DNA of 64,000 bases, taken from Alphaproteobacteria bacterium. Lineage in GTDB: Bacteria > Pseudomonadota > Alphaproteobacteria > Bin95. The notes beneath the pieces are model-generated. The model saw nothing but the letters and a program-made list of their open reading frames with translations. It was not told where the DNA came from and did no database searches. The translations under genes and the position numbers were made by a program. Below, one piece after another: positions 41,509 through 51,266 of the stretch (position 1 is the first letter of the stretch; each line of letters starts with the position of its first letter). Location of the stretch: NCBI GenBank assembly GCA_965205265.1, contig CBDBGH010000003.1, positions 128,001-192,000 of the forward strand, given 5' to 3'.

Positions 41509-42915
41509 CTATTCCGCCAGCACCCAGGTGTCCTTGACGCCGCCGCCCTGGCTGGAATTGACGACCAGCGAGCCCTCGCGGAGCGCGACGCGGGTGAGGC
41601 CGCCGGGGACGAGGCGGATGGTGCGCCCGATCAGGCAGTAGGGCCGGAAATCGACATGCCGGCCGGCGACGCCGGTCTCGGACAGAGAGGGCGAGGAGGA
41701 GAGCTCCAGGGTCGGCTGGGCGATGTAGCCGTCGGGATCGCGGCGGATCTTCTCCGCGAACTCCGCGCGCTCGGCGGCGGTCGAATGCGGCCCGATCAGC
41801 ATGCCGTAGCCGCCCGAGCCGTGCACCTCCTTCACCACCAGCTCGTCCAGCCGCTCCAGCACCCAGGCGCGCTCCTCGTCATGCGAACAGCGCCAGGTCG
41901 GCACGTTCCGCAGGATCGGCTCCTGACCCAGATAGAAGCGGATCATCTCCGGTACATAGACATAGACTTCCTTGTCGTCGGCAACGCCGGCGCCGGGCGC
42001 AGAGCAGAGCGTCACGCCGCCGGCCCGGTAGGCGTCGAACAGGCCGGGCACGCCGAGCATGCTGTCGGGACGGAAGGAGAGCGGGTCGAGAAAGGCGTCG
42101 TCGATGCGCCTGTAGAGCACGTCCACGCGCTCGGGCCCCCGGGTCGTGCGCATCCAGCACAGGCCCTCATCGACGAACAGGTCCTGGGGCTCGACCAGCT
42201 CGATGCCCATGAGGTCGGCGAGGAAGGAATGTTCGTAATAGGCGGAGTTGAACGGCCCCGGCGTCAGGAGCGCGATAACCGGGTCGCCGGCGCAAGCGGG
42301 GGGCGCCATCTCCCCCAGCGTCCGGCGCAGCTCTTCGGGATAGACATCGACCGGCTCGATCCTGCCGCCGCGGAACAGTTCCGGGCAGGTCCGCATCATG
42401 CATTCCCGGTTCTCCAGCATGTAGCTGACGCCGGACGGCGTGCGGCAATTGTCCTCCAGCACCTGGAATTCCCGCTCGCCGGTGCGCACGATGTCGATGC
42501 CGACCACATGGGAATAAACCCGGCCCGGCGGATCGACGCCGATCATCGCCGGCTCGAAGGCCGCATTCCGGTAAACCAGGCGCTCCGGCACGATCCCGGC
42601 GCGCAGGATTTCGCCGCGGTGATAGACGTCCTGGAGGAAGGCGTTGAGCGCGAGCGCGCGCTGGCGGATGCCGCGCTCCAGCCGGCGCCACTCGGCGGCG
42701 GCGAACACCCGCGGGATGAGGTCGAACGGGATCAGCCGTTCCGGGTCCCCGCCCTCGCCATAGACGGCGAAGGTGATGCCGATGCGCCGGAATATCGCCT
42801 CCGCCTCGGCCGTGTGCCGGCGCAGCGTATCGATGCCGCTCGCCTCGATCCAGGCGGCGATGTCGCTGTAGGGCTCCCTCACTTCGGCGCTGTCGCCGGT
42901 CATCTCGTCGAACAT
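41509..42915 (-). CDS. Circularly permuted type 2 ATP-grasp protein
   Basis: GITFAVY, ERLIPFDLIPR, VLEDNCRTPSGVSY, GSGGYGM, VVNSSQGGGVKDTWV. Confidence 0.95.
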   Translation of the reverse strand: MFDEMTGDSAEVREPYSDIAAWIEASGIDTLRRHTAEAEAIFRRIGITFAVYGEGGDPERLIPFDLIPRVFAAAEWRRLERGIRQRALALNAFLQDVYHRGEILRAGIVPERLVYRNAAFEPAMIGVDPPGRVYSHVVGIDIVRTGEREFQVLEDNCRTPSGVSYMLENRECMMRTCPELFRGGRIEPVDVYPEELRRTLGEMAPPACAGDPVIALLTPGPFNSAYYEHSFLADLMGIELVEPQDLFVDEGLCWMRTTRGPERVDVLYRRIDDAFLDPLSFRPDSMLGVPGLFDAYRAGGVTLCSAPGAGVADDKEVYVYVPEMIRFYLGQEPILRNVPTWRCSHDEERAWVLERLDELVVKEVHGSGGYGMLIGPHSTAAERAEFAEKIRRDPDGYIAQPTLELSSSPSLSETGVAGRHVDFRPYCLIGRTIRLVPGGLTRVALREGSLVVNSSQGGGVKDTWVLAE

Positions 42916-42964
42916 GCCGGCTCCTTTCCCGCCCCGTGCCGCCCGGTCCGGCCGCCGCCTGCCG

Positions 42965-43876
42965 TCAGACGGGATCCCAGTAGAAAACGTCGCCGTCGCG
43001 GTCGAGCGGCGAGAAGGCCGCCTTCAGGGACGGCATGGCGTGTTCGTGGATGGCTGCCGCCGTCCAGCCCTCGCCGCGGTGGACGGAGCGCGCCGGGCGG
43101 TGCTGGTTGAAGATGAACTGCTCGTTGCGGCGCGACGCGAAGATCTGCCCCGTCACGCCGCTCGCAAGGTCGGAAAGCAGATAGACCACCATCGGCGCGA
43201 TCTGCGCGGGCTGCAGTGTCTTCAGCTTCTCGATCCGCTCCAGCTCCTGCGGCGTGCCGGCCGGAATGGTCTCGATCATGCGCGTCCAGGCGAAGGGCGA
43301 CATGCAGTTGGAGCGCACATTGAAGCGCTGCATGTCGAGCGCGATCGACTTCGACAGCCCGACAATCCCCATCTTCGCCGCCGCATAGTTCGCCTGGCCG
43401 AAATTGCCGATCAGACCCGAGGTCGAGGTGAAATGCACCATCGCCCCCGACTCCTGCGCCCGGAAACGGTCCGCCGCATTGCGCGCCACATTGAACGAGC
43501 CCTTGAGATGCACCGAAATCACCGCATCCCAGTCCGCCTCGCTCATCTTGTGGAAGATCACATCGCGCAGAATGCCGGCCACATTCACAACCCCGTCGAT
43601 GCGCCCGAAGGTCTCCACCGCCTGGCCGACCATCCGGCCCGCCGCCTCGTAATCGGCCACGCTGTCGCCGTTGACGACCGCCTCGCCGCCCGCCGCCTCG
43701 ATCATCGCCACGGTCTCCTGGGCCGGCGTCGCATCCGCCCCCGAACCGCCGACATCGCCGCCAAGGTCGTTCACGACCACCTGCGCGCCCTCGCGCGCCG
43801 CCAGAACCGCAACCTCGCGACCGATGCCACGGCCCGCCCCCGTCACCAGAACGACCTTGCCTTCCAATACGCCCAT
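42965..43876 (-). CDS. SDR family oxidoreductase (3-hydroxyacyl-CoA dehydrogenase-like)
   Basis: TGAGRGIG, VVVNDLGG, AGILRD, GNFGQANYAAAK. Confidence 0.93.
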   Translation of the reverse strand: MGVLEGKVVLVTGAGRGIGREVAVLAAREGAQVVVNDLGGDVGGSGADATPAQETVAMIEAAGGEAVVNGDSVADYEAAGRMVGQAVETFGRIDGVVNVAGILRDVIFHKMSEADWDAVISVHLKGSFNVARNAADRFRAQESGAMVHFTSTSGLIGNFGQANYAAAKMGIVGLSKSIALDMQRFNVRSNCMSPFAWTRMIETIPAGTPQELERIEKLKTLQPAQIAPMVVYLLSDLASGVTGQIFASRRNEQFIFNQHRPARSVHRGEGWTAAAIHEHAMPSLKAAFSPLDRDGDVFYWDPV

Positions 43877-44205
43877 CCAACCCGGCTCCCCAGTCTGTGC
43901 CGGCGCCAGCATAGATTGCCGCGCCCGCCTGTGCGAGCGCCGCCGCCGGCCGCCGATTTGACGCGGTTGGCGGATACTTGCATAAATGCCGGCCGGCAGC
44001 CTGGCGTTTCGCCGGGTTGAAACATAGCGGCGGTATTTCCGGAGCGGTCTCGACCATCGATGCTCCTGCGCCGCGCTGCGGCGGCATTCAACGAATGCTG
44101 CCGCGGAGAGATCGACAAATCGCCCGTCTGGCCGGCAGGGAGTTTCTGTATCGGACTGCATCCGCCCATAACGGAACCGGGACAGACGGCAGGGAGAGCG
44201 CAAAC

Positions 44206-45786
44206 GTGAAAGATATCCTGAAGTTCCAGCAGATGGTTCGCGACGGCGTAATGGGCCGGCGCGACTTCCTCGCAGCCCTCGGCGCGCTCGGCGTTACCGG
44301 CGCCGCCGCAACGGGCTTCCTGCATTCGTCCAGCGCGCTCGCGGCAACGCCGCGCAAGGGCGGGACGGTGCGCTACGCGAACAACCTCCACGGGCCCGAC
44401 GACCAGATGGACCCGATCGTCTTCACCTCGGGCATCGACTACACGCGGGGGCGGGCCACCTATAACGGCCTCGTCCAGATGCGCGACAACATGATGCTCG
44501 CGCCGGAGCTCGCCGAGGAATGGTCGGCGAACAGCGACGCCACCGAATACACCTTCAAGATCCGCAAGGGCGTGGAGTTCCACGACGGCTCGCCGCTGAC
44601 CGCCGACGATGTGGTCTGGAGCATGAACCGCCATCTCGGCGAGGCGTCCCCCTCGGTCGCCAAGGCGCTGTTCCAGTCGGTGCAGGAGTGGAAGAAGGTG
44701 GACGGGCACACCGTCAAGGCCATCCTGAAAACGCCGGATTCCGATCTTCCCGCGAAGCTCACCGAGAAGCAGGCGAAGATCGCCAAGATGGACACCGAGG
44801 ACTTCAAGAAGGGCAACGGCACCGGCCCGTTCATTCTCGAGTCCTTCGAGGCCGGCGTGCGCTCCACCCATGTGCGCAACCCGAATTACTGGCGGGACGG
44901 CGCGAATTTCGAGGCGCTGGAGATCACCGCCATCACCGACCCGCTGGCGCGGGCCAATGCGCTGATCGCCGGCGACGTGGAGCTCATCAACCAGGTCGAC
45001 TCCAAGAGCATTCCCCGTGTCGAGGAGGCCGACGGCGTGCGCGTCATTTCGACGCCGACCAGCGCCTATACCGGCATCTGCATCCTGAAGAACACCGCAC
45101 CCGGCGAGAACGACGACTTCGTCAAGGGCATGCAATACATCCAGGACCGCGAACGCATCGTGCGTGCGATCCTCAAGGGGCACGGCACGGTCGGCAACGA
45201 CCACCCGGTCGGGCCGGCCTTCGGCCCGGACCATTGCGCGGAGCTGGCGCAACGCCCGTTCGACCCGGACAAGGCCAAATTCCACCTGGAGAAGTCGGGC
45301 GTCACCTCCGCCGAGCTGCATGTCGCGCCGGTCCGCCTCGGCATCGTCGAAATCTGCCTCCTGATGCAGGCCAATCTCAAGAAGATCGGCTTCGATCTCA
45401 GGATCAAGCAGGTGCCGACCGACGGCTATTGGGGCGCGGTGTGGATGAAGGAGCCGATGAATGTCGTGTCGTGGAACATGCGTCCCACGGCGAACGCGCA
45501 GATGGCCATCCAGTTCGCTCCGGGCGCGGCCTGGAACGACACCTTCTGGAACAACCAGCGGATGGGAGAGCTGCTCACGGCCCAGCTCGCCGAGACCGAT
45601 CCGGCCAAGCGCCACGGCATGCTCTGCGAAATGCAGACCCTCATCCACAATGGCAGCGGCATGGTGATCCCCTGCCACGTGAACGAGGTGGACGGCGCCA
45701 GCAACAAGGTCCAGGGCATCCCGAATGTGCCGTTCGGCTCGCTCGGCGCCTATGAATGGGTCGAGTTCGCCTGGATGGACGAGTGA
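44206..45786 (+). CDS. ABC transporter family-5 substrate-binding protein with Tat signal
   Basis: GRRDFL twin-arginine signal, KGGTVR, PELAEEW, KGVEFHDG, GTGPF. Confidence 0.9.
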   Translation: MKDILKFQQMVRDGVMGRRDFLAALGALGVTGAAATGFLHSSSALAATPRKGGTVRYANNLHGPDDQMDPIVFTSGIDYTRGRATYNGLVQMRDNMMLAPELAEEWSANSDATEYTFKIRKGVEFHDGSPLTADDVVWSMNRHLGEASPSVAKALFQSVQEWKKVDGHTVKAILKTPDSDLPAKLTEKQAKIAKMDTEDFKKGNGTGPFILESFEAGVRSTHVRNPNYWRDGANFEALEITAITDPLARANALIAGDVELINQVDSKSIPRVEEADGVRVISTPTSAYTGICILKNTAPGENDDFVKGMQYIQDRERIVRAILKGHGTVGNDHPVGPAFGPDHCAELAQRPFDPDKAKFHLEKSGVTSAELHVAPVRLGIVEICLLMQANLKKIGFDLRIKQVPTDGYWGAVWMKEPMNVVSWNMRPTANAQMAIQFAPGAAWNDTFWNNQRMGELLTAQLAETDPAKRHGMLCEMQTLIHNGSGMVIPCHVNEVDGASNKVQGIPNVPFGSLGAYEWVEFAWMDE

Positions 45787-45816
45787 GCCCGGCCGTGCCG
45801 TCGTCCGGATGAAACG

Positions 45817-45849
45817 GGCCCGCGCGGCTTCGGCCGCGCGGGCCTTATT
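45817..45849 (+). terminator. Intercistronic hairpin / terminator after the SBP gene
   Basis: Perfect 12-bp stem GGCCCGCGCGGC-TTCG-GCCGCGCGGGCC followed by TTATT. Confidence 0.65.
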
Positions 45850-45932
45850 CTCCGGCCGCCGCTGCGAAGCCGCGACCGGCACTCCGGCCGCTTCCAGCGA
45901 GGCATGGCGGCCCGTTCGGGACCGTCCTTGGA

Positions 45933-46904
45933 ATGACATTGCTAAACGCGATATTGCGCCGGACCGCACTCGGCGTCGCGACCCTGTTCGTCGTGTCGGT
46001 GCTGATCTTCGTCGGCACCAGCATTCTGCCGGGCGATGTGGCCAACATCATCCTCGGCCAGATGGCGACGCCGGAATCCTTGGCGGCGCTCCGGGCCAAG
46101 CTCGGCCTGGATGAGCCTGCGCCTATCCGTTACTGGATCTGGCTGAGCGATCTGCTGACGGGAGACCTCGGCTTCTCCAAGGCCGGCGCCGGGGCCGGCA
46201 CGATCGGCACCCCGATCTCCGAAATGCTCATGCCCCGCCTGGTCAACACGCTGCGCCTCGCCGGCGCGGTCGCGATGGTCGCGGTGCCCTTCGCGGTGAC
46301 GATAGGCCTGCTGGCGGCCATGTATCCCGGCACGAAACTCGACCGCGCGGTTACCTTCACCACGCTCGGGCTCATCTCGGTGCCCGAGTTCCTGGTCGCC
46401 ACCATGCTGGTGCTGATCGTGGCGGTGCAGCTCGGCTGGCTGCCGGCCACGGCCTATATCAGCGGGCAGGAGACCGGGATGAAGCTGGTCCGGGCGCTGG
46501 CGATGCCGGCGCTCACCCTGATTATCGTCGCCTCCTCGCAGATCATGCGCATGACGCGGGCCACCGTGCTCAACGTCATGAGTTCCCCCTATATCGAGAT
46601 GGCGATCCTGAAGGGCGTGCCGCGCAAGCGGATCATCCTGCGCCATGCGCTGTTCAACGCCATCGGGCCGATCGCCAATGTCATCGCCCTCAACCTCGCC
46701 TATCTCGTAAGCGGCGTGGTGATCGTCGAGACGATCTTCGCCTATCCGGGGCTGGCGAAGCTGATGATCGACGCCGTGCAGACGCGCGACCTGCCGCTGG
46801 TGCAGGCCTGCGCCATGATCTTCTGCGCGACCTACATCGTGCTGATCTTCATCGCGGACATGGTCTCGATCCTGTCCAATCCCCGCCTGCGGCACCCGAA
46901 ATAG
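45933..46904 (+). CDS. ABC transporter permease (DppB/OppB-like)
   Basis: LPGDVA, YIEMAILKG..RKRIILRHAL, VETIFAYPGL, TRDLPLVQ. Confidence 0.92.
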   Translation: MTLLNAILRRTALGVATLFVVSVLIFVGTSILPGDVANIILGQMATPESLAALRAKLGLDEPAPIRYWIWLSDLLTGDLGFSKAGAGAGTIGTPISEMLMPRLVNTLRLAGAVAMVAVPFAVTIGLLAAMYPGTKLDRAVTFTTLGLISVPEFLVATMLVLIVAVQLGWLPATAYISGQETGMKLVRALAMPALTLIIVASSQIMRMTRATVLNVMSSPYIEMAILKGVPRKRIILRHALFNAIGPIANVIALNLAYLVSGVVIVETIFAYPGLAKLMIDAVQTRDLPLVQACAMIFCATYIVLIFIADMVSILSNPRLRHPK

Positions 46905-46914
46905 AGGAAGCTTC

Positions 46915-47850
46915 ATGGCCGACAGCGTGGACAAGTCCGAAGCCGGGGCTGCCTTCGAGGAACTGCCCGACGCGCCGCCGCGGCGGCGGCTGCGGCTTTC
47001 CTGGAGCGGCAAGCTCGGGGTCTGCGTCGTCGCCTTCTGGATGGCCATCGTGTTCATCGGGCCGTCGATCTCGCCCTATCACGAGGCCGACATCCTGGAC
47101 GAGGCGCTGTTCATCGTGCCCGGCAGCGACAATCCCTATCCCGAGACGGACTACCAGCCGCCAAGCGATATCGCGTGGCTCGGCACCGACTATCTCGGCC
47201 GCGACATACTTTCCCGCACTTTGTTCGGTGCGCGCACGACCATCGGCATCTCGCTCGCCTCGACGCTGCTCGCCTATCTCGTGGGCGTCACGCTCGGCAT
47301 TGCAGCGGCGGTGGGCGGAACCGTCATGGATTCCACGCTCAGCCGGTTCAACGACGCCATATTGTCGATCCCGAGCATCATGCTGGCGCTCGTGGTGATC
47401 GCCGCTATCGGCAGCACCATCCCGATCCTGATCGTGCTGACCGGCCTCATATACGCCTCGAGCGTGTTCCGGATCGCGCGGTCGCTCGGGCTCGATGTGA
47501 AGGTCAGCGATTTCGTCGAGGCGGCGCGGGTGCGCGGCGAGGGGCTGTGGTGGATCGTCACCCGCGAGATCCTGCCCAATGTCGCCATGCCGATGGCGAC
47601 CGATTTCGGGCTGCGCTTCGTCTATGTCATCCTCTTCATCTCGAGCCTGAGCTTCCTCGGCCTCGGCGTGCAGCCGCCCCAGTCCGACTGGGGCAGCATG
47701 GTGCGGGAGAACCTTTCGGGGCTTCCCTACGGCGCCGTCGCGCCGCTGGTCCCGGCGCTCGCCATCGCCACGCTCACAATCGCCATCAACCTCATCGTGG
47801 ACGATGTCTCCGCCCATGCCGGCGGGCGGCTGGCGAAGAGGATGATCTGA
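46915..47850 (+). CDS. ABC transporter permease (DppC/OppC-like)
   Basis: WLGTDYLGRDILSR, FVEAARVRGE, LSFLGLGVQPP..DWGSM. Confidence 0.92.
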   Translation: MADSVDKSEAGAAFEELPDAPPRRRLRLSWSGKLGVCVVAFWMAIVFIGPSISPYHEADILDEALFIVPGSDNPYPETDYQPPSDIAWLGTDYLGRDILSRTLFGARTTIGISLASTLLAYLVGVTLGIAAAVGGTVMDSTLSRFNDAILSIPSIMLALVVIAAIGSTIPILIVLTGLIYASSVFRIARSLGLDVKVSDFVEAARVRGEGLWWIVTREILPNVAMPMATDFGLRFVYVILFISSLSFLGLGVQPPQSDWGSMVRENLSGLPYGAVAPLVPALAIATLTIAINLIVDDVSAHAGGRLAKRMI

Positions 47851-49679
47851 TGCCCGCCCTCCTCGAAGTCGACGGCCTGACGATAGACGCGCGCAAGGAC
47901 GACGGCAGCCTGGCGCCCATCGTCAAGGGCGTGAGCTTCGGCATCGAGCGGGGCGAGGTGGTGGCGCTCATCGGCGAATCCGGCTCGGGCAAGACCACCA
48001 TCGCGCTCTCGGCGCTCGGATATTCCAAGCCGGGCCTGGAGTTCACCGGCGGCGAGGTCCGCCTGGACGGCCGCGACGTGATCTCCATGCCGCCGGACGA
48101 GAAGCGCGACATGCGCGGCCAGCGCGTCGCCTATCTCGCCCAGAGCGCGGCCGCCACCTTCAACCCGGCGCTCACCATCGGCGAGCAGGTGACCGAGTCC
48201 CCCGTCCTCCACGGGCAGATGAGCCGCGAGGAGGCGGAGGAGCGCGCCGAAGAGCTTTACCGGGCGCTGGAGCTGCCGGACCCGGACCGCCTCGGCAGGC
48301 GCTATCCCCACCAGGTGTCCGGCGGGCAATTGCAGCGGCTGATGGCGGCCATGGCGCTCTGCGGCAGGCCGGACCTTCTGATCCTGGACGAGCCGACCAC
48401 CGCCCTCGATGTCACGACCCAGATCGAGGTGCTCAAGGCGTTCAAGTCGGTCATCAAGCGCGAAGGGGCGGCGGCGCTCTATGTCACCCACGACCTCTCC
48501 GTCGTCGCCCAGATCGCCGACCGCATCGTCGTCCTCTATGCAGGCGACATCCTGGAGCACGGAGACGCCGACCAGGTCATCAACCGCCCAGCGCACGACT
48601 ATACGCGCCGGCTGATGGCGGCCGTGCGACCGCCCCCGGCCGCAGGCCAGGGCGACGAGGCGCTGGCGGAGCATTTGCGGGACAGTCCCGCCATCGAGGT
48701 GAAGGGCGTCAATGCGGGCTACGGCCGGCGCATGGACGGCTCCGTGACCGTCAAGGTGCTGCGCGATGTCAACCTGACCGTGCAGCGGGGCCACACGGTC
48801 GGGATCATCGGCGAGTCGGGCTGCGGCAAGTCCACCCTCGCACGGGTCGTGTCCGGCCTGCTGCCCGCCGTCGAAGGCGAGATATTGCTGGACGGCGAAC
48901 CGCTCCGGCCCGGCCTCCAGCAGCGCGAGCGCAGCGAGCTCCAGAAGATCCAGTTCGTGTTCCAGATGGCCGATGTCGCGCTCAATCCGCGCCAGAGGAT
49001 CGGCAGCATTCTCGGCCGCCCGCTCGAATTCTATTTCGGCCTGCGCGGGAAGGAGAGGCGCCAGCGTGTCGGCGAGCTGCTGCAGATGGTGGAGCTTCCG
49101 CCGGAGTTTGCCGGGCGCTATCCCGAGGAGCTTTCCGGCGGGCAGAAACAGCGGGTCAACCTCGCCCGCGCGCTGGCGGCGTCGCCCGAAGTGCTGCTCT
49201 GCGACGAGGTGATTTCCGCGCTCGACACCATAGTCGGCGCCAATGTCATCGAGCTCCTCAAGCGGCTCCGGCGCCAGAGCGGCGTGTCCTTCGTCTTCAT
49301 CAGCCACGACCTGTCCACGGTCGCGTCCTTCGCCGACGACATCGTCGTGCTCTATGCCGGGCGGGTGGTGGAGCAGGGGCCGACCGACCGCGTGCTCTCG
49401 CCTCCCTACCATCCCTATACCCGCCTGCTGATCGCCTCGGTTCCGGAACTGCGCATCGGCTGGCTGGAAGAGACGATGGAGAGCCAGGAGGCGCAGGCGG
49501 GCATCGACCGCGTCGTCACGATGACCGATACGGGCTGCCCCTTCTTCGACCGCTGCCCGATCGCCATCGACGGCACCTGCGACCGGGAGACGCCGCCCGT
49601 CCGGAATCTCGGCGGGCGGCACGCCATAGAATGCCACCACTCGGAGGCGGAGTTCATGGAAGGGATGCCGGCGGGCTGA
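47850..49679 (+). CDS. ABC transporter double ATPase (DppD/F-like)
   Basis: [25 protein letters not shown]-terminal GCPFFDRC...C...CH. Confidence 0.93.
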   Translation: MPALLEVDGLTIDARKDDGSLAPIVKGVSFGIERGEVVALIGESGSGKTTIALSALGYSKPGLEFTGGEVRLDGRDVISMPPDEKRDMRGQRVAYLAQSAAATFNPALTIGEQVTESPVLHGQMSREEAEERAEELYRALELPDPDRLGRRYPHQVSGGQLQRLMAAMALCGRPDLLILDEPTTALDVTTQIEVLKAFKSVIKREGAAALYVTHDLSVVAQIADRIVVLYAGDILEHGDADQVINRPAHDYTRRLMAAVRPPPAAGQGDEALAEHLRDSPAIEVKGVNAGYGRRMDGSVTVKVLRDVNLTVQRGHTVGIIGESGCGKSTLARVVSGLLPAVEGEILLDGEPLRPGLQQRERSELQKIQFVFQMADVALNPRQRIGSILGRPLEFYFGLRGKERRQRVGELLQMVELPPEFAGRYPEELSGGQKQRVNLARALAASPEVLLCDEVISALDTIVGANVIELLKRLRRQSGVSFVFISHDLSTVASFADDIVVLYAGRVVEQGPTDRVLSPPYHPYTRLLIASVPELRIGWLEETMESQEAQAGIDRVVTMTDTGCPFFDRCPIAIDGTCDRETPPVRNLGGRHAIECHHSEAEFMEGMPAG

Positions 49680-49694
49680 CCGTTCCGCCCTGCC

Positions 49695-51257
49695 TTAGTC
49701 CTCCGTTGCAGCCCTTCGAGAAGCCAGCAAGCGCCTTACTTCCGCCAGCCTGACCGCGCCGAGGCCGAGCGCGGCGAGGGCGAACACCGCAAAGCCGCCG
49801 ATGCAGAGTAGCGCCAGCGCCCCGATCCGTGCGGCCTCGCCGCCTGCGAGCCAGGGGCCGAGCGCTTCCAGCCCGCCGAGAAGCGCCGCCGCCATGACGA
49901 GCGAAGCGCCGGCGGCGCGCGGCAGGCGGGAGAGGAGCCGCCGGTCCGCCTCGCAATGGCCGCAGCGCCGCAGCATCGCCCACAGGAGGGCCGCATTGGC
50001 CCAGGCGGCGGCGCTGGTGGCGGCGGCGATGCCGACATGCCCGATTTCCCGGTAGAGCGCGAGGCTAAGCGCGGTGTTGAGCGCCACGGCGACCACGGTC
50101 AGCCGGAACGGGATGCGCATGTCGCCGCGCGCGAAGAAGCCCGGCTGCAGCACCCGCACCAGCACGAAGGCCGGCAGGCCGGCGGCGAAGGCGGCGATGG
50201 CCGCCGCCGTCGCCTGCGTGTCCGCCGCCGTGAAGGCGCCCCTCTCGAACAGCACGCCCGCCACCGCCTCCGGCATGGCGATGAGCGCGGCCGCGGCCGG
50301 AAGCGCCAGCAGCATGGCGATCTCGACCGCCCGGTTCATCTCGTCGGACGCGCCCTTGTCGTCGCCGGCTTCGAGCGTGCGGGTGAGGCGCGGCAGCAGC
50401 GCCGTGCCGAGCGCGATGCCGACCACGCCGAGCGGCAGCTGGTAGATGCGGTCCGCATAATGCAGCCAGGCGACGGCCCCGGTCGGCAGCAGCGAGGCGA
50501 TCATCGTGCCGATCAGCAGGTTGATCTGGAGCGCGCCGGCGGAGAGCGTGCCCGGAACCAGTTGCCGGAGCAGCCGGCGGACGCCGCGCGTGAGCCGGGG
50601 CCTGCGCAGCCGGAGCCTGAGCCGCGCCCGGCGCATGTCCCAGAGGATGAGCGCCAGCTGTCCGAACCCCGCGAGGCAGACGCCGATGGAGAGCGTCAGC
50701 CCCGGCGCGCCGGTCCAGAGCGCGGAGATGGCCAGCGCCGCGATCAGCACGACATTCAGCAGGATCGGCGCGGCCGACGGAACCGCGAAACGGTAGAAGC
50801 TGTTCAATATGCCGGCGAAGAAGGCCAGCAACGCCATGCACATGAGATAGGGGAAGGTGAGGCGCGAGAAGAGCACGGCCGGGCCGAAGCGTTCCGGCTG
50901 GTCGAGGAATCCCGGCGCCAGGACCGCGACCAGGATCGGCATGAAGGCTTCGGCGAGCGCGGTGAACACGAGCAGCGCGGCGAACAGCACCGCCATCACT
51001 TCCTCGCCGAAGGCGAGCGCCGCCTTGCGCCCGTCCTGCTGCAGCCGGCCCGAGAACATCGGCACGAAGGCCGCGGCAAAAGCGCCTTCCGCAAACAGCC
51101 GGCGGAACAGGTTGGGCAGGCGGAAGGCGACGAGGAAGGCGTCGGCTATCGGCCCGGCGCCCAGCAGCGCGGCGAATGCGAGGTCGCGCGCAAAGCCCAG
51201 CACCCGGCTCGCCATGGTGTAGCCGCCGACGGTCGCGGCGGCGCGCAGGAGCGCCAT
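49695..51257 (-). CDS. murJ: Lipid II flippase MurJ (MviN)
   Basis: SRVLGFARD, AFRLPNLFRRLFAEGAF, YADRIYQLPLG. Confidence 0.96.
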   Translation of the reverse strand: MALLRAAATVGGYTMASRVLGFARDLAFAALLGAGPIADAFLVAFRLPNLFRRLFAEGAFAAAFVPMFSGRLQQDGRKAALAFGEEVMAVLFAALLVFTALAEAFMPILVAVLAPGFLDQPERFGPAVLFSRLTFPYLMCMALLAFFAGILNSFYRFAVPSAAPILLNVVLIAALAISALWTGAPGLTLSIGVCLAGFGQLALILWDMRRARLRLRLRRPRLTRGVRRLLRQLVPGTLSAGALQINLLIGTMIASLLPTGAVAWLHYADRIYQLPLGVVGIALGTALLPRLTRTLEAGDDKGASDEMNRAVEIAMLLALPAAAALIAMPEAVAGVLFERGAFTAADTQATAAAIAAFAAGLPAFVLVRVLQPGFFARGDMRIPFRLTVVAVALNTALSLALYREIGHVGIAAATSAAAWANAALLWAMLRRCGHCEADRRLLSRLPRAAGASLVMAAALLGGLEALGPWLAGGEAARIGALALLCIGGFAVFALAALGLGAVRLAEVRRLLASRRAATED

Positions 51258-51266
51258 CGCCAGCCC

